54,373 nucleotides of DNA from Flavobacteriales bacterium (GCA_947463065.1 CANHSF010000001.1:1-54373), one strand, 5' to 3'; positions 9,847-18,983 are shown, numbered from the stretch's first letter. A program made the numbers and translations. The notes: a model not told the origin generated them from the sequence alone.

Positions 9847-10953
9847 CTACGCCTTCCGCACCACCTCGTCCTTCAACAAAGCCTTGTTTTTATTGGCCAA
9901 TTGACCGCAGGCTGCATCGATGTCTTTTCCTCGCGAACGACGCACGTTGACGATCATGTTGCGCGACTCCAGAAACTGCGCAAAGGCGTCCACACGCTCC
10001 GGACTGGCTTGCTGGAACTCACCCTGGTCAATGGGATTATACTCGATGATATTGATTTTGACAGGCAGATTTTTAGCATAAGCAGCCAGCTCTTGCGCGT
10101 CCTTGATGCTGTCGTTGAAATCTTTGAAAATGATGTATTCAAAAGTCACACGTGTGCCCGTCTTGTCGTAGAAATAACGCAACGCATCGGCCAACGACTC
10201 CAAATTGTTGGACTCGTTGATGTCCATGATGTGATTGCGTTTCTCGTCATTGGCGGCATGCAGCGATAGCGCCAAATTGAATTTGACTTGATCGTCGCCC
10301 AATTTTTTGATCATTTTGCCCACACCGGCAGTACTCAAGGTGATGCGCTGCGGCGACATGCCCAATCCATCAGGCGAGGTAATGCGTTCAATCGACGCCA
10401 ATACATTCTTGTAATTCAAGAGCGGTTCGCCCATGCCCATGTACACAATATTGCTCAGCGGTATTTGGTATCGCTCTTCCGCTTGTCGTTTGAGATACGT
10501 GACTTGATCAACAATTTCGTAGTGTTGCAAGTTGCGCAGCATCTTGAGTCGACCTGTGCCACAAAATTTACATGAAAGACTGCAGCCCACCTGCGACGAA
10601 ATACAAGCCGTCATTCGGTTCGTGGTCGGAATCAAAACGCCTTCCACCACCTTTCCGGCATCCACCTCGAATGCACATTTGATGGTGCGATCCGAACTCA
10701 CTTGCTCATCCTTGACAGAAATTTTGCGCAAATCAAAATGTTCGGCAAGCAGGGCTTTGGTAGCAGCCGAAACATTGCGCATATCATCAAAGGAAGCCAC
10801 GTCCTTTTTCCACAGCCATTCGCTGATCTGTTTGGCACGGAACTTTTGTTCTCCATGCTTTACCATGAAGTCCACCAATTCATCGTTGGTCAGTGATCGA
10901 ATATCCGGTCGAATGGCGCTGCTCATTTGTTGTGCAAAGATAGCATGGTCCAT
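9847..10953 (-). CDS. rlmN: 23S rRNA/tRNA (adenine-C2)-methyltransferase RlmN (radical SAM)
   Basis: 368 aa with the CxxxCxxC cluster CSLSCKFCGTG, plus GMGEPLLNY and the C-terminal catalytic DIDAACGQL. Confidence 0.95.
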   Translation of the reverse strand: MDHAIFAQQMSSAIRPDIRSLTNDELVDFMVKHGEQKFRAKQISEWLWKKDVASFDDMRNVSAATKALLAEHFDLRKISVKDEQVSSDRTIKCAFEVDAGKVVEGVLIPTTNRMTACISSQVGCSLSCKFCGTGRLKMLRNLQHYEIVDQVTYLKRQAEERYQIPLSNIVYMGMGEPLLNYKNVLASIERITSPDGLGMSPQRITLSTAGVGKMIKKLGDDQVKFNLALSLHAANDEKRNHIMDINESNNLESLADALRYFYDKTGTRVTFEYIIFKDFNDSIKDAQELAAYAKNLPVKINIIEYNPIDQGEFQQASPERVDAFAQFLESRNMIVNVRRSRGKDIDAACGQLANKNKALLKDEVVRKA

Positions 10954-10965
10954 AGATCTATACCG

Positions 10966-10999
10966 TCAAAAACAAAAGCCGACTCCAAAGAGCCGGCTT
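10966..10999 (-). terminator. rho-independent terminator-like hairpin downstream of 11051..11413
   Basis: On the minus strand, a 10-bp stem with one mismatch (10976-10985 / 10990-10999) and a 4-nt loop is followed by TTTTGTTTTTG. It lies about 45 nt after the stop at 11051 and only 13 nt upstream of the rlmN ATG. Confidence 0.4.
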
Positions 11000-11050
11000 C
11001 TGCTGATAAAACCTGTTTTGCAATATGTATCTATAACCTACTTGCCTTGT

Positions 11051-11413
11051 TTATTGTGCTCTGAACACGAGCTTGTAACGGAACAATTCACCCACCACCA
11101 ACTGATCAGAATCCACCTTCATTTTCTTCACTTGATTTTCAATGAACTTCTTCAACAAAGGATTCTTGGTGTTGATGGTTACCACTTTCAAATTGCCTTC
11201 GGGCATTACCTCAAGCATCACAGCCGCTTCACCGTTCATGTCCTTGCCCAATTGCGAAGGGTTAAACAAATGGCGGTTCACTTCCTTTGTCACCTCATTG
11301 GCCACTGAAGTCGTTTGCGCGGTGCCTTTTTTCTTCTTGTAGGTATCGAGTTGACTTGCGTTTGCTTGTGTGAAAACGAGCATAAGGGCGAAAAGAATGG
11401 TGAGTGCTTTCAT
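11051..11413 (-). CDS. small secreted protein, unknown function
   Basis: Start chosen at the internal ATG 11411-11413, which gives signal peptide MKALTILFALMLVFTQANA. The mature part is about 100 aa and K/V-rich. No family recognised. Confidence 0.6.
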   Translation of the reverse strand: MKALTILFALMLVFTQANASQLDTYKKKKGTAQTTSVANEVTKEVNRHLFNPSQLGKDMNGEAAVMLEVMPEGNLKVVTINTKNPLLKKFIENQVKKMKVDSDQLVVGELFRYKLVFRAQ

Positions 11414-11544
11414 GGCTGTAATTTTTTTAAGTAGTGTTTGTTTGATTACAGTCATAGAGCGAAGAGCGCTCTTCATTCGTTACAACCAATCTGAAAAAAA
11501 ATTCATTTTCCCAACAAAATCAATGGTTTCAATGCAAAAAAAAT

Positions 11545-12444
11545 TCACCAACCCGTAACCAGCAAACCTCGAGCAGCTTTTTCTGAGCATTTTTGATACC
11601 TCGAATACGCCTTCGCCGCTCGTGTCCGAATAGCTTCAGCGTTTTCTCCCGCTACATAGCTAGTCAATGCATCATGCAAAGTATATGCTTCTGGTGCCAT
11701 CAAACCCGTAGTCCATACCAAAGGTTCAACGCCAGCTTGCTTCAAGTGAGGAGAAAAATAATGTTTGCTGTAACACGCCAAAATGATGGTATTGCGCTTA
11801 CGAGTATTTCTTGCTGCAAAGGTTTCGCTTATTTCAAAGTCCATCAAGCCATCATGGCCTATATAAGCCAACAATTCCGACTGCCCGCCAAAGGACAAAA
11901 AGGTTCCGTCCTTGGCAATTCTGCGTTGCAAAGCACCACTCGATGCAGACAAAAAATCCCGTGTACAACGTTCAATATACTGGCCATTGTAAGCCTCAGC
12001 CAAAAGATAAACGTCCTGAGTTTTATGCTTGAACAGCAACCGCTCAATGATCAAGCTATCGGGGCGTTCCGATTGTACCAATTGCCATTCTGCACTCTTC
12101 TTGAAAAATGTTTTTATGCCAAAACCACAGCCCCAATACAAGTTTGTGGCAGGATCTTGACCATTGCCAATACCCTTCGGCACAGGAACGATGCCTTGAT
12201 ATTGGTTATCGCATAGCGCCACAAAAACGTGGATCATTCGGGCAGAATCTGCCTGGGGCAAGCTATCCACCACTTCCAATTTTGTCAGATCATTCTGTAG
12301 AAACAACGATGCAGATACCGTGCTCAGCCCTTCACGAGGAACTTGATTGCAACTGCACACCCACAAGACCGCCATTAAAATTCCTATTCCAAACAGTGCA
12401 CGAGCGTCAAACCATCGGTAAAAAAAAAGAGCATTCATGGGCAT
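11545..12444 (-). CDS. putative lipoprotein, unknown function
   Basis: 299 aa. Hydrophobic N-terminus ends in VLWVCSC. The conserved-looking core is VFVALCDNQYQGIVPVPKGIGNGQDPATNLYWGCGFG. No family recognised. Confidence 0.65.
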   Translation of the reverse strand: MPMNALFFYRWFDARALFGIGILMAVLWVCSCNQVPREGLSTVSASLFLQNDLTKLEVVDSLPQADSARMIHVFVALCDNQYQGIVPVPKGIGNGQDPATNLYWGCGFGIKTFFKKSAEWQLVQSERPDSLIIERLLFKHKTQDVYLLAEAYNGQYIERCTRDFLSASSGALQRRIAKDGTFLSFGGQSELLAYIGHDGLMDFEISETFAARNTRKRNTIILACYSKHYFSPHLKQAGVEPLVWTTGLMAPEAYTLHDALTSYVAGENAEAIRTRAAKAYSRYQKCSEKAARGLLVTGW

Positions 12445-12661
12445 TTATTGTTTCAAAAAGGTCAAAAAAGAATGGTTGAACAACGTGTCCCTTATGACCA
12501 CATATTGTGCAACCTAAGCTACACCATTTCAGCTCCGCATACAATAAAGAAATATGGAATAAAGCCTTGTCACGCCACAGATTCTCTCCGTCCCAACCCA
12601 GCGATACTCCAATAGCACCATCAGGGAGACCATTTGTTAGCCCTGCAAGGGGCGAAATCAT

Positions 12662-12697
12662 GACAAAAAAAAACGAGACAACTTGTTTGTTGTCTCG
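12662..12697 (-). terminator. rho-independent terminator after tRNA-Leu
   Basis: Perfect 9-bp stem (cgagacaac 12674-12682 / gttgtctcg 12689-12697) with a 6-nt loop, followed on the minus strand by a T9 run (plus-strand A-run 12665-12673). Confidence 0.8.
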
Positions 12698-12708
12698 CCT
12701 ACTTTATG

Positions 12709-12790
12709 TACCCAGGGTGGGAATCGAACCCACATGCCCGAAGACACACGATTTTGAGTCGTGCGCGTCTACCAATTCCGCCACCTAGGC
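12709..12790 (-). tRNA. tRNA-Leu (anticodon CAA)
   Basis: The reverse complement folds as a cloverleaf. Acceptor stem is GCCTAGG/CCTGGGT. Anticodon stem-loop is CACGA-CTCAAAA-TCGTG. A long variable arm and T-arm GTGGG-TTCGATT-CCCAC are present. CCA is not encoded. Confidence 0.9.
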
Positions 12791-12887
12791 ATTTCCACTT
12801 CTATCGGAGTCCGTATGACCCAATTATCGAAACGGGGTGCGAATATAATACAGATCTTGCTTGTCCACAAAATCCATCTTCCTTTTC

Positions 12888-14456
12888 CTACTTTTTCTCA
12901 CAATATTTTATCGTCTTGCCCTTACCACGGCTCAAAATCACCCGCCCACCTGTCTCTGCACCACTCCAACCGGGCTGAAGCAACAATCCATCCTCCTCGT
13001 TGTCCGCCCAAACGGTCCGCGCCTGTCCACCCAAACGGTCCAAACCCACACAGGTCACTTGGCTTCGGGTTCCCCCTCCCCAGGCCGTCGCCTCTCCATC
13101 GGGCAAAGCCGCCAATTTCGTAGCATTCTCCTTGGCATCGTTGAAAAAAAACTGCCAACCTTCTTCCGTCCCAAACAACGCATACGAACAATACTCCGGG
13201 TTGCTCAATACATATTGGGTCTTGGAAATTTTGGAACTCCACAACTGCCGCCCATCGGCTTGCAATAACGTTGCGATCACATTGTCGAAATGATAGCGGT
13301 ATTCGCTCTGCCGACTGCCCGTGAGCGGATCCGAACTTATGGTCTCGGTGATGTAATACTGTTCGCCCACCAACAAAATCTGTCCTTCGGCTGTGAATAG
13401 CATGTGGTCCAAATAATAATCGGTCAGCGTGGGGCGATTTTCAACCTGCTTCTCACGCATGAACTTCAACAAAAATTCTTTGCTAAACGGCATCAGCGAC
13501 GCAGCCTTCACCGCTCCTCCTCCTGCTGTTATGGTAAACAAAAACGTTCCGGCTGCGGCAAATTCCGAATCATTGGAATAATAGCCCGCTATCATCAAAT
13601 CGCCCGACGCATGCACCTTGAAAATGGCCGAAACCACTTGCTTATCGCGCAAGCCCACTCCGAATTCCTTGAGCTTGTTGGTCGATGCGCTGTAGTAGAA
13701 CACCGCATGTTTTCCCATTTGCACGGTCTTAATGCCCACCTGATCCTTAACGGGATTGCGGCCACTCATCAGAAAAATATCGCCTTGATTGTCCACTGCA
13801 TAATTGTGCACCTCCAAAATATCATTTTGGTAAGGCAGTTCCAATTCCTTCTCCCACAACAAATCGATGGTCCGATCATATACCTTTATGCTCAACGGCA
13901 CATCTCGTTTTTGCTCGTACTTGCTGTCGAAAAGCATCATGATCTTGGTGCCATCCGGCGATGCCACCGCCTTAAAAACCAGTGGCCTCGATACCGATTG
14001 ATGCACGGTATAATGCACCAAACTCGGCTCCGAAACGCGTTGCCCCTTGGCATCCAACAAAGTGGCCATGATCTGATACTGCTCGCTCTCCTTGCTGAAT
14101 CCTCCGGTAAACATGATGAAGCCATCGCCCAAAAAAAGCAATTGTTCGAACTTTTGATCTTTATTGCCCTCGGGCAAGTCCAGCTTTGTTGTGCTTTTCA
14201 TGTCGAAACTGCCGTAGGTGAAAAACCGCAACTCGACCGATTGACTGCGCTCGTTCTCAACGGCCACAAAATAGCCTTCGCCCGTGGACCCGGCCAAAAA
14301 CTGCCGAGCTTCGTCCTTCGCCACTTTAATCACTCCCGAGCACACCTGAGCCCATTGGGCATTCGACAACATTATCAAACACACCGCAATCAAGGCCCGC
14401 CAACCGCAGCCCCAACAAGTTGTCCTGAGTTTATTCATATTTTTCATGTTTTTCAT
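12888..14456 (-). CDS. secreted protein of unknown function
   Basis: 522 aa. N-terminus is MKNMKNMNKLRTT followed by a hydrophobic segment (ALIAVCLIMLSNAQWA). Normal coding composition. The opposite-strand 402-aa ORF is H/L/R/Q-rich shadow sequence. Confidence 0.75.
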   Translation of the reverse strand: MKNMKNMNKLRTTCWGCGWRALIAVCLIMLSNAQWAQVCSGVIKVAKDEARQFLAGSTGEGYFVAVENERSQSVELRFFTYGSFDMKSTTKLDLPEGNKDQKFEQLLFLGDGFIMFTGGFSKESEQYQIMATLLDAKGQRVSEPSLVHYTVHQSVSRPLVFKAVASPDGTKIMMLFDSKYEQKRDVPLSIKVYDRTIDLLWEKELELPYQNDILEVHNYAVDNQGDIFLMSGRNPVKDQVGIKTVQMGKHAVFYYSASTNKLKEFGVGLRDKQVVSAIFKVHASGDLMIAGYYSNDSEFAAAGTFLFTITAGGGAVKAASLMPFSKEFLLKFMREKQVENRPTLTDYYLDHMLFTAEGQILLVGEQYYITETISSDPLTGSRQSEYRYHFDNVIATLLQADGRQLWSSKISKTQYVLSNPEYCSYALFGTEEGWQFFFNDAKENATKLAALPDGEATAWGGGTRSQVTCVGLDRLGGQARTVWADNEEDGLLLQPGWSGAETGGRVILSRGKGKTIKYCEKK

Positions 14457-14638
14457 TGGTGCAATCTGCCCAAAGCGAATCCATTTTTGCCCGGTCGCAA
14501 ATCACCACAAATTGCGCCATTTTCCGCACACCGCAACACGGCTGCCGCATCTTCTGTCCATAGTCCAATGCTGAAAACCATCTTGTCGGATGCAACGGGG
14601 TTTTGTCTTTGACCTGCATCAAATTCCGTTTTTTTCAT
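14453..14638 (-). CDS. possible small ORF (61 aa) translationally coupled to 12888..14456
   Basis: ATG at 14636-14638 (MKKTEFDAGQRQNPV...). Its TGA stop overlaps the downstream ATG in an ATGA arrangement. No homology recognised, and a GVG-type alternative GTG start exists at 14659. Confidence 0.3.
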   Translation of the reverse strand: MKKTEFDAGQRQNPVASDKMVFSIGLWTEDAAAVLRCAENGAICGDLRPGKNGFALGRLHQ

Positions 14639-14661
14639 CGGCGCAAAAGAGGATTTCACCT

Positions 14662-14669
14662 TAGATTTG
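14662..14669 (+). promoter_or_regulatory. candidate -7 promoter box (TAGATTTG)
   Basis: Exact TAnnTTTG match 10 nt upstream of the GTG start at 14680. Confidence 0.35.
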
Positions 14670-14679
14670 ACGCACTGCA

Positions 14680-15651
14680 GTGAAAGTGATCGATCAAATA
14701 CAAGCGCCCATCCGCCATGAAATGCTGGCCTTCGAAACGCATTTCAGAAACGCTATGAAAAGCGACAAGATGTTGCTCGATCGAATTACGCATTACATCA
14801 TCAAACAAAAGGGCAAGCAAATGCGCCCCATGTTTGTTTTTTTGTCGTGCAAACTCATTGGCCCCATTGGGGATGCCGCTTACACCGCCGCCAGCATGAT
14901 CGAACTCCTTCATACCGCATCGCTCGTGCACGACGATGTGGTGGACGACGCCGGCAAACGACGAGGATTTTTCTCCATCAATGCCCTTTGGAAAAATAAA
15001 ATCGCGGTATTGGTGGGCGACTACTTGCTCGCCAAAGGCCTTCTCATCAGCATCGACAACAATCAAATCGAACTCTTGCGCATCATGAGCCGCACGGTGC
15101 AGGAAATGAGCGAAGGGGAATTGCTCCAACAAGAGAAAAGCCGACTGCTCAACATCACCGAGGAGGTCTATTTTGAAATCATCAGCCAAAAAACAGCCTC
15201 GCTCATTGCCGCGTGCTGCGAATGCGGAGCCACAGCCGCCGGCGCATCGGCAGAACAACGCGAAAAAATGCGGATGTTTGGACTCAAAGCGGGATTGGCC
15301 TTCCAAATCAAAGACGACTTGTTTGATTACGGCTTCGAAGATGTAGGCAAGCCGTTGGGCATCGACATCCAGGAGCGCAAACTCACGCTGCCCCTCATTT
15401 ATGCACTGAGCAAGGCGGATAGCAGCCTGCGCAAAGAAATGATGCAGGTGGTCAAGCGCCACAACACCGATTCCAAAAAGGTCAAACAACTGATCGAAAA
15501 AGTACATGCACTGGGCGGCATGGAATACGCCTACCACAAAATGCTCTCCCTGCGCGATGAGGCCTTGGACATCTTGCATCAATTTGCACCCAACGAAGCC
15601 GGTGCGGCCCTTGCTCAACTTGTCAATTACACCGTAGAACGCAAAAAATGA
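14680..15651 (+). CDS. polyprenyl diphosphate synthase (trans-IPPS, IspB-like)
   Basis: 323 aa with a GTG start. Both Asp-rich motifs are present: LVHDDVVDD and FQIKDDLFD. Product chain length cannot be judged from sequence. Confidence 0.9.
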   Translation: MKVIDQIQAPIRHEMLAFETHFRNAMKSDKMLLDRITHYIIKQKGKQMRPMFVFLSCKLIGPIGDAAYTAASMIELLHTASLVHDDVVDDAGKRRGFFSINALWKNKIAVLVGDYLLAKGLLISIDNNQIELLRIMSRTVQEMSEGELLQQEKSRLLNITEEVYFEIISQKTASLIAACCECGATAAGASAEQREKMRMFGLKAGLAFQIKDDLFDYGFEDVGKPLGIDIQERKLTLPLIYALSKADSSLRKEMMQVVKRHNTDSKKVKQLIEKVHALGGMEYAYHKMLSLRDEALDILHQFAPNEAGAALAQLVNYTVERKK

Positions 15652-16184
15652 AACCGATCGCCTTTATTTCTTTTATCGCCTTGATACTTTGCGGTTGCGA
15701 ATCCACCCCAACACCGGCCCCTGTGGCCAACGTTGCTCTGCCCCAAATTGCCGATGCTACAGCCAAAGTGACCGAGTCGCACCCCAACGGTACACCCAAA
15801 AAAGCAGTTTATACCAACAATACATCGGGAAGCAAGGTGGCCGACATGGAATTGTACGACGACGGCAAAACCTACATCGATCGCCGCTACACCAATGACA
15901 CCCTCAACGGCACCAGCTATTCGTATTACAACAATGGAAAACCTTGGAGCATGAACTCCTATAAAATGGGAGTATACCACGGCGCCTATCAACTTTGGTG
16001 GCCCAATGGGCAAGTCCGTCTCACCGGGCAATACATCGATGGCAAAGAGGACGGCGAATGGATCAATTTCTATGACAACGGACGCATCGACACCCGCGGA
16101 TTCTACGAAAACGGGGTCAAGAAAGAGGTTTGGACCACCTACAACAGGGAGGGAAAACTGCTCAAAGAGACCAAATACGACTGA
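15648..16184 (+). CDS. MORN-repeat-variant lipoprotein (YwqK-like family)
   Basis: Lipoprotein signal MKPIAFISFIALILCGC. Repeated YxNGxxxxxxxYxxGxxxGxW units follow (YYNNGKPWSMNSYKMGVYHGAYQLWWPNGQ, YIDGKEDGEWINFYDNGR). An ATGA overlap links it to the upstream gene. Confidence 0.75.
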   Translation: MKPIAFISFIALILCGCESTPTPAPVANVALPQIADATAKVTESHPNGTPKKAVYTNNTSGSKVADMELYDDGKTYIDRRYTNDTLNGTSYSYYNNGKPWSMNSYKMGVYHGAYQLWWPNGQVRLTGQYIDGKEDGEWINFYDNGRIDTRGFYENGVKKEVWTTYNREGKLLKETKYD

Positions 16185-16261
16185 GCCCAACTGCTAACAC
16201 CGCCCTGTCAAAAGCCCGCACCTTAGGGCAATCGCAACCTACAGCCGCTCCATTACATTGC

Positions 16262-17299
16262 ATGCTCATTGAATGCATGCTCATGCCGTTACACTCCTCT
16301 GCTAAAAAATTCTTGTCCAGCATATGTGCGCTGCTCTGGGCGATATCGGCTTCAGCGCATACCGACGCCCCCAAAACAACCCGCGAAGCCTATATTGACC
16401 TTTGGAAAGACGAAGCCATCTACCAAATGGTGCTGCACAAAATTCCCGCAAGCATCACCTTGGCACAGGGCATCTTGGAGAGCGGAGATGGCAATAGCCG
16501 TTTGGCCACCGAAGCCAACAACCACTTCGGTATCAAATGCCACACCGATTGGACGGGGCCCAAAATCTTCGAAGACGACGACGCCAAGTCCGAGTGTTTC
16601 AGAAAATACGACGATGCCCGATCCTCCTACGAAGACCACAGCATCTTCCTCCAGCGCAAGCGGTATGAATCACTGTTTGATTTGAAAACCGACGACTACA
16701 AAGGTTGGGCGAAAGGACTCAAAAACTGCGGATACGCCACCAACCCCAAATACCCCGAATTGCTCATCAAACTCATTGAAGAATGGCAACTGCACGAGTA
16801 CGATGAGATTGGGATGAAGCACATCAAAGACGGCACCACACCCGATAGAAAAAACAGTGCATTGACGGCGCAGACCCAACCCGCAAAAAAGGACAGCAAG
16901 CCGGACAAAAAGCGCCCCAATCGCAACACGGAAGAACGCCAAGAAATCAACCTTGGAGGCCGAACAGTTGAACTCAGCCCCAACAGAGTCAAGTACATCG
17001 TAGCCCATGCGGGCGACACCCCCGAGAAAATTGCCGAGTCGCTGGGCTTGAATCCGTGGCAAATCAAAAAATACAACGACCTGGAGGACCTGAACACCGC
17101 TTTCAAAGCCGGAGACCGCGTGTACATACAACCCAAGCGCAATCGCGGAAACGAGGCCAAATACACCATCCAAAAAGGAGATGACTTGCGGACCATATCG
17201 CAAAAAACCGGTGTAAAAATGAAGGCCTTACAAAAGCTCAATCCATCGACCGATTGGGGGAAGTTAAAGTCAGGTGAAAGCTTGAAATTGAGGAAATAA
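16262..17299 (+). CDS. peptidoglycan hydrolase: glucosaminidase domain plus two LysM domains
   Basis: Glucosaminidase motif LAQGILESGDGNSRLATEANNHFGIKC. Two C-terminal LysM-like repeats are present (YIVAHAGDTPEKIAESLGLNPWQIKKYN, YTIQKGDDLRTISQKTGVKMKALQKLN). The start is ambiguous (ATG 16262, 16277 or 16283); the track's 16130 start overlaps the upstream gene. Confidence 0.85.
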   Translation: MLIECMLMPLHSSAKKFLSSICALLWAISASAHTDAPKTTREAYIDLWKDEAIYQMVLHKIPASITLAQGILESGDGNSRLATEANNHFGIKCHTDWTGPKIFEDDDAKSECFRKYDDARSSYEDHSIFLQRKRYESLFDLKTDDYKGWAKGLKNCGYATNPKYPELLIKLIEEWQLHEYDEIGMKHIKDGTTPDRKNSALTAQTQPAKKDSKPDKKRPNRNTEERQEINLGGRTVELSPNRVKYIVAHAGDTPEKIAESLGLNPWQIKKYNDLEDLNTAFKAGDRVYIQPKRNRGNEAKYTIQKGDDLRTISQKTGVKMKALQKLNPSTDWGKLKSGESLKLRK

Positions 17300-17330
17300 A
17301 AAAACGGTCCGCAGTGGACCGTTTCATTTT
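17298..17330. terminator. bidirectional rho-independent terminator
   Basis: Perfect 9-bp stem (aaacggtcc 17302-17310 / ggaccgttt 17316-17324) flanked by an A-run and a T-run. It can serve the plus-strand hydrolase gene and minus-strand tRNA-Gln. Confidence 0.8.
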
Positions 17331-17335
17331 GATAG

Positions 17336-17406
17336 TTGCCCGACCAGGATTCGAACCTAGACAAACTGAACCAAAATCAGTTGTACTGCCATTATACTAT
17401 CGGGCA
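17336..17406 (-). tRNA. tRNA-Gln (anticodon UUG)
   Basis: The reverse complement is TGCCCGATAGTATAATGGCAGTACAACTGATTTTGGTTCAGTTTGTCTAGGTTCGAATCCTGGTCGGGCAA. Acceptor stem is TGCCCGA/TCGGGCA. Anticodon arm is ACTGA-TTTTGGT-TCAGT. T-loop is TTCGAAT. Confidence 0.9.
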
Positions 17407-17510
17407 ATGCTTTTAGGAATTAAAGCGGGTGCAAAAATACAAAGACAAGTTATTTCTGCAAGAACTTTCTCATTTCTTACCTTCGTAAACAACATTTTTT
17501 TATTTGAGCC

Positions 17511-18953
17511 GTGGAAAAAATACTCAACTACATCGCCGGAAACTTAGTAGAACCAAGCCATTCAGCCTATTTGGACAACTACGAGCCGGGCAGGGGAAAA
17601 GTATACTCTTGGGTTCCAGACAGCGACGAACACGACGTAGAAATGGCCTTTTCGGCCGCAAAGAAGGCTTTTTCGGCTTGGAAAAACATGCCTTTGGAGC
17701 AGCGGTGCGCCATTTTGCAGCGTTTGGCCGATAAGATCGGTGAAAACAAAGCCGCATTGGCCTTGGCCGAAGCCAAAGACAACGGCAAACCCGTTTCCCT
17801 CGCATTGCAGGTCGATATTCCACGCGCCGAAAGCAATATGCGCTTCTTTGCCACAGCCGCATTGCACTGGAGCTCCGAATCGCACATCATGGAAAACGAA
17901 GCCATCAACTACACCCACCGCAAACCCATCGGGGTCGTTGGTTGCATTTCGCCTTGGAATTTGCCACTGTATCTGTTTACTTGGAAAATCGCTCCGGCTC
18001 TGGCCGCCGGCAACTGTGTCATTGCCAAACCTTCGGAGCTCACGCCGATGACCGCATTTCTGCTTTCCAAACTCGCCATCGAAGCAGGACTTCCCGCGGG
18101 TGTACTCAACATCCTGCATGGTCTAGGCCCCAAAGTAGGCGATGCCATTGTCAAACACCCCGGCATCAAGGCGATCAGTTTTACCGGTGGAACAGCCACT
18201 GGGGCTTACATCGCTTCCACGGTAGCGCCCATGTTCAAAAAAGTATCGCTCGAACTTGGTGGGAAAAACGCAAACCTCATTTTTGCAGATGCCGATTTCA
18301 ATGAAATGCTTTCGCACACCTTGCGCTCGTCCTTTGCCAACCAAGGTCAAATATGCCTCTGTGGTTCACGCATTCTAGTGGAATCATCCATTTACGACCA
18401 ATTCAAAGAGGCCTTCGTGGCCAAGGTAGCGGCCATGCAGCTCGGCGATCCGCTAGTGGAATCCACCAAAATGGGAGCACTGGTCAGCGAAGCCCACATG
18501 AACAAAGTATTGGGTTACATCGAACTCGCCAAATCCGAAGGAGGACGCGTGCTTTGTGGAGGCCACCGCGTGCAGATGGAAGGTGAACTAGCCAACGGAT
18601 ACTATGTTGCTCCTACCGTAATCGAAGGACTCGGGCCGCATTGCCGCACCAACATGGAAGAAATTTTCGGCCCTGTGGTTACGTTGCAAAAATTCGATAA
18701 CGAGGAAGAAGCCATTGAATTAGCCAATACAGGATCGTATGGACTTTCGGCCACCATTTGGACATCGCAATTGCAACGGGCACATCGCGTGGCTTCCGAG
18801 CTGCATACCGGCATCGTATGGGTCAATTGCTGGTTGTTGCGCGACCTGCGCACACCTTTCGGAGGTGTCAAAAGCAGCGGTGTAGGAAGAGAAGGGGGTT
18901 GGGAAGCCATGCGCTTTTTTACTGAGCCACAAAATGTGTGCATCAAGCTATAG
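17511..18953 (+). CDS. NAD(P)-dependent aldehyde dehydrogenase (ALDH8 / 2-hydroxymuconate-semialdehyde dehydrogenase-like)
   Basis: 480 aa with a GTG start. Catalytic Glu motif LELGGKNANLIF and catalytic Cys motif FANQGQICLCGSRILV are present. Substrate is not assignable from sequence. Confidence 0.9.
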   Translation: MEKILNYIAGNLVEPSHSAYLDNYEPGRGKVYSWVPDSDEHDVEMAFSAAKKAFSAWKNMPLEQRCAILQRLADKIGENKAALALAEAKDNGKPVSLALQVDIPRAESNMRFFATAALHWSSESHIMENEAINYTHRKPIGVVGCISPWNLPLYLFTWKIAPALAAGNCVIAKPSELTPMTAFLLSKLAIEAGLPAGVLNILHGLGPKVGDAIVKHPGIKAISFTGGTATGAYIASTVAPMFKKVSLELGGKNANLIFADADFNEMLSHTLRSSFANQGQICLCGSRILVESSIYDQFKEAFVAKVAAMQLGDPLVESTKMGALVSEAHMNKVLGYIELAKSEGGRVLCGGHRVQMEGELANGYYVAPTVIEGLGPHCRTNMEEIFGPVVTLQKFDNEEEAIELANTGSYGLSATIWTSQLQRAHRVASELHTGIVWVNCWLLRDLRTPFGGVKSSGVGREGGWEAMRFFTEPQNVCIKL

Positions 18954-18983
18954 GCCACTTCCAAAAACCGAACAATCATTCAG

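Noticed and set aside
12407-12661. An 84-aa minus ORF filling the spacer between tRNA-Leu and the lipoprotein gene.
   Set aside because: It overlaps the start of the downstream gene in another frame, has no signal or motif, and begins inside the tRNA terminator T-run.
13404-14612. A 402-aa plus-strand ORF opposite the 522-aa secreted protein gene.
   Set aside because: It is H/L/R/Q-rich and lacks a signal peptide or any motif. The minus-strand product has normal composition and a signal peptide.
14656-15618. A 320-aa minus-strand ORF covering the polyprenyl synthase gene.
   Set aside because: It is antisense to a gene with both DDxxD motifs and has low-complexity H/F/A/G/Q composition. It is a shadow ORF.
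16130-16261. Longer N-terminal extensions offered by the ORF track. Examples are 16130 for the glucosaminidase, 41252 for holB, 22714 for the adaptor, 40067 for the adhesin, 47703 for gcvP, 34837 for exbB, and similar cases.
   Set aside because: The extensions overlap upstream genes or add non-signal, non-conserved residues. Internal ATGs give proper signal peptides or canonical N-termini, and several are preceded by TAnnTTTG boxes.
12709-17406. A genomic island integrated at tRNA-Leu or tRNA-Gln.
   Set aside because: There is no integrase, excisionase or transposase gene, and I found no repeated copy of either tRNA 3' end. The genes between the tRNAs include core functions such as the polyprenyl synthase.
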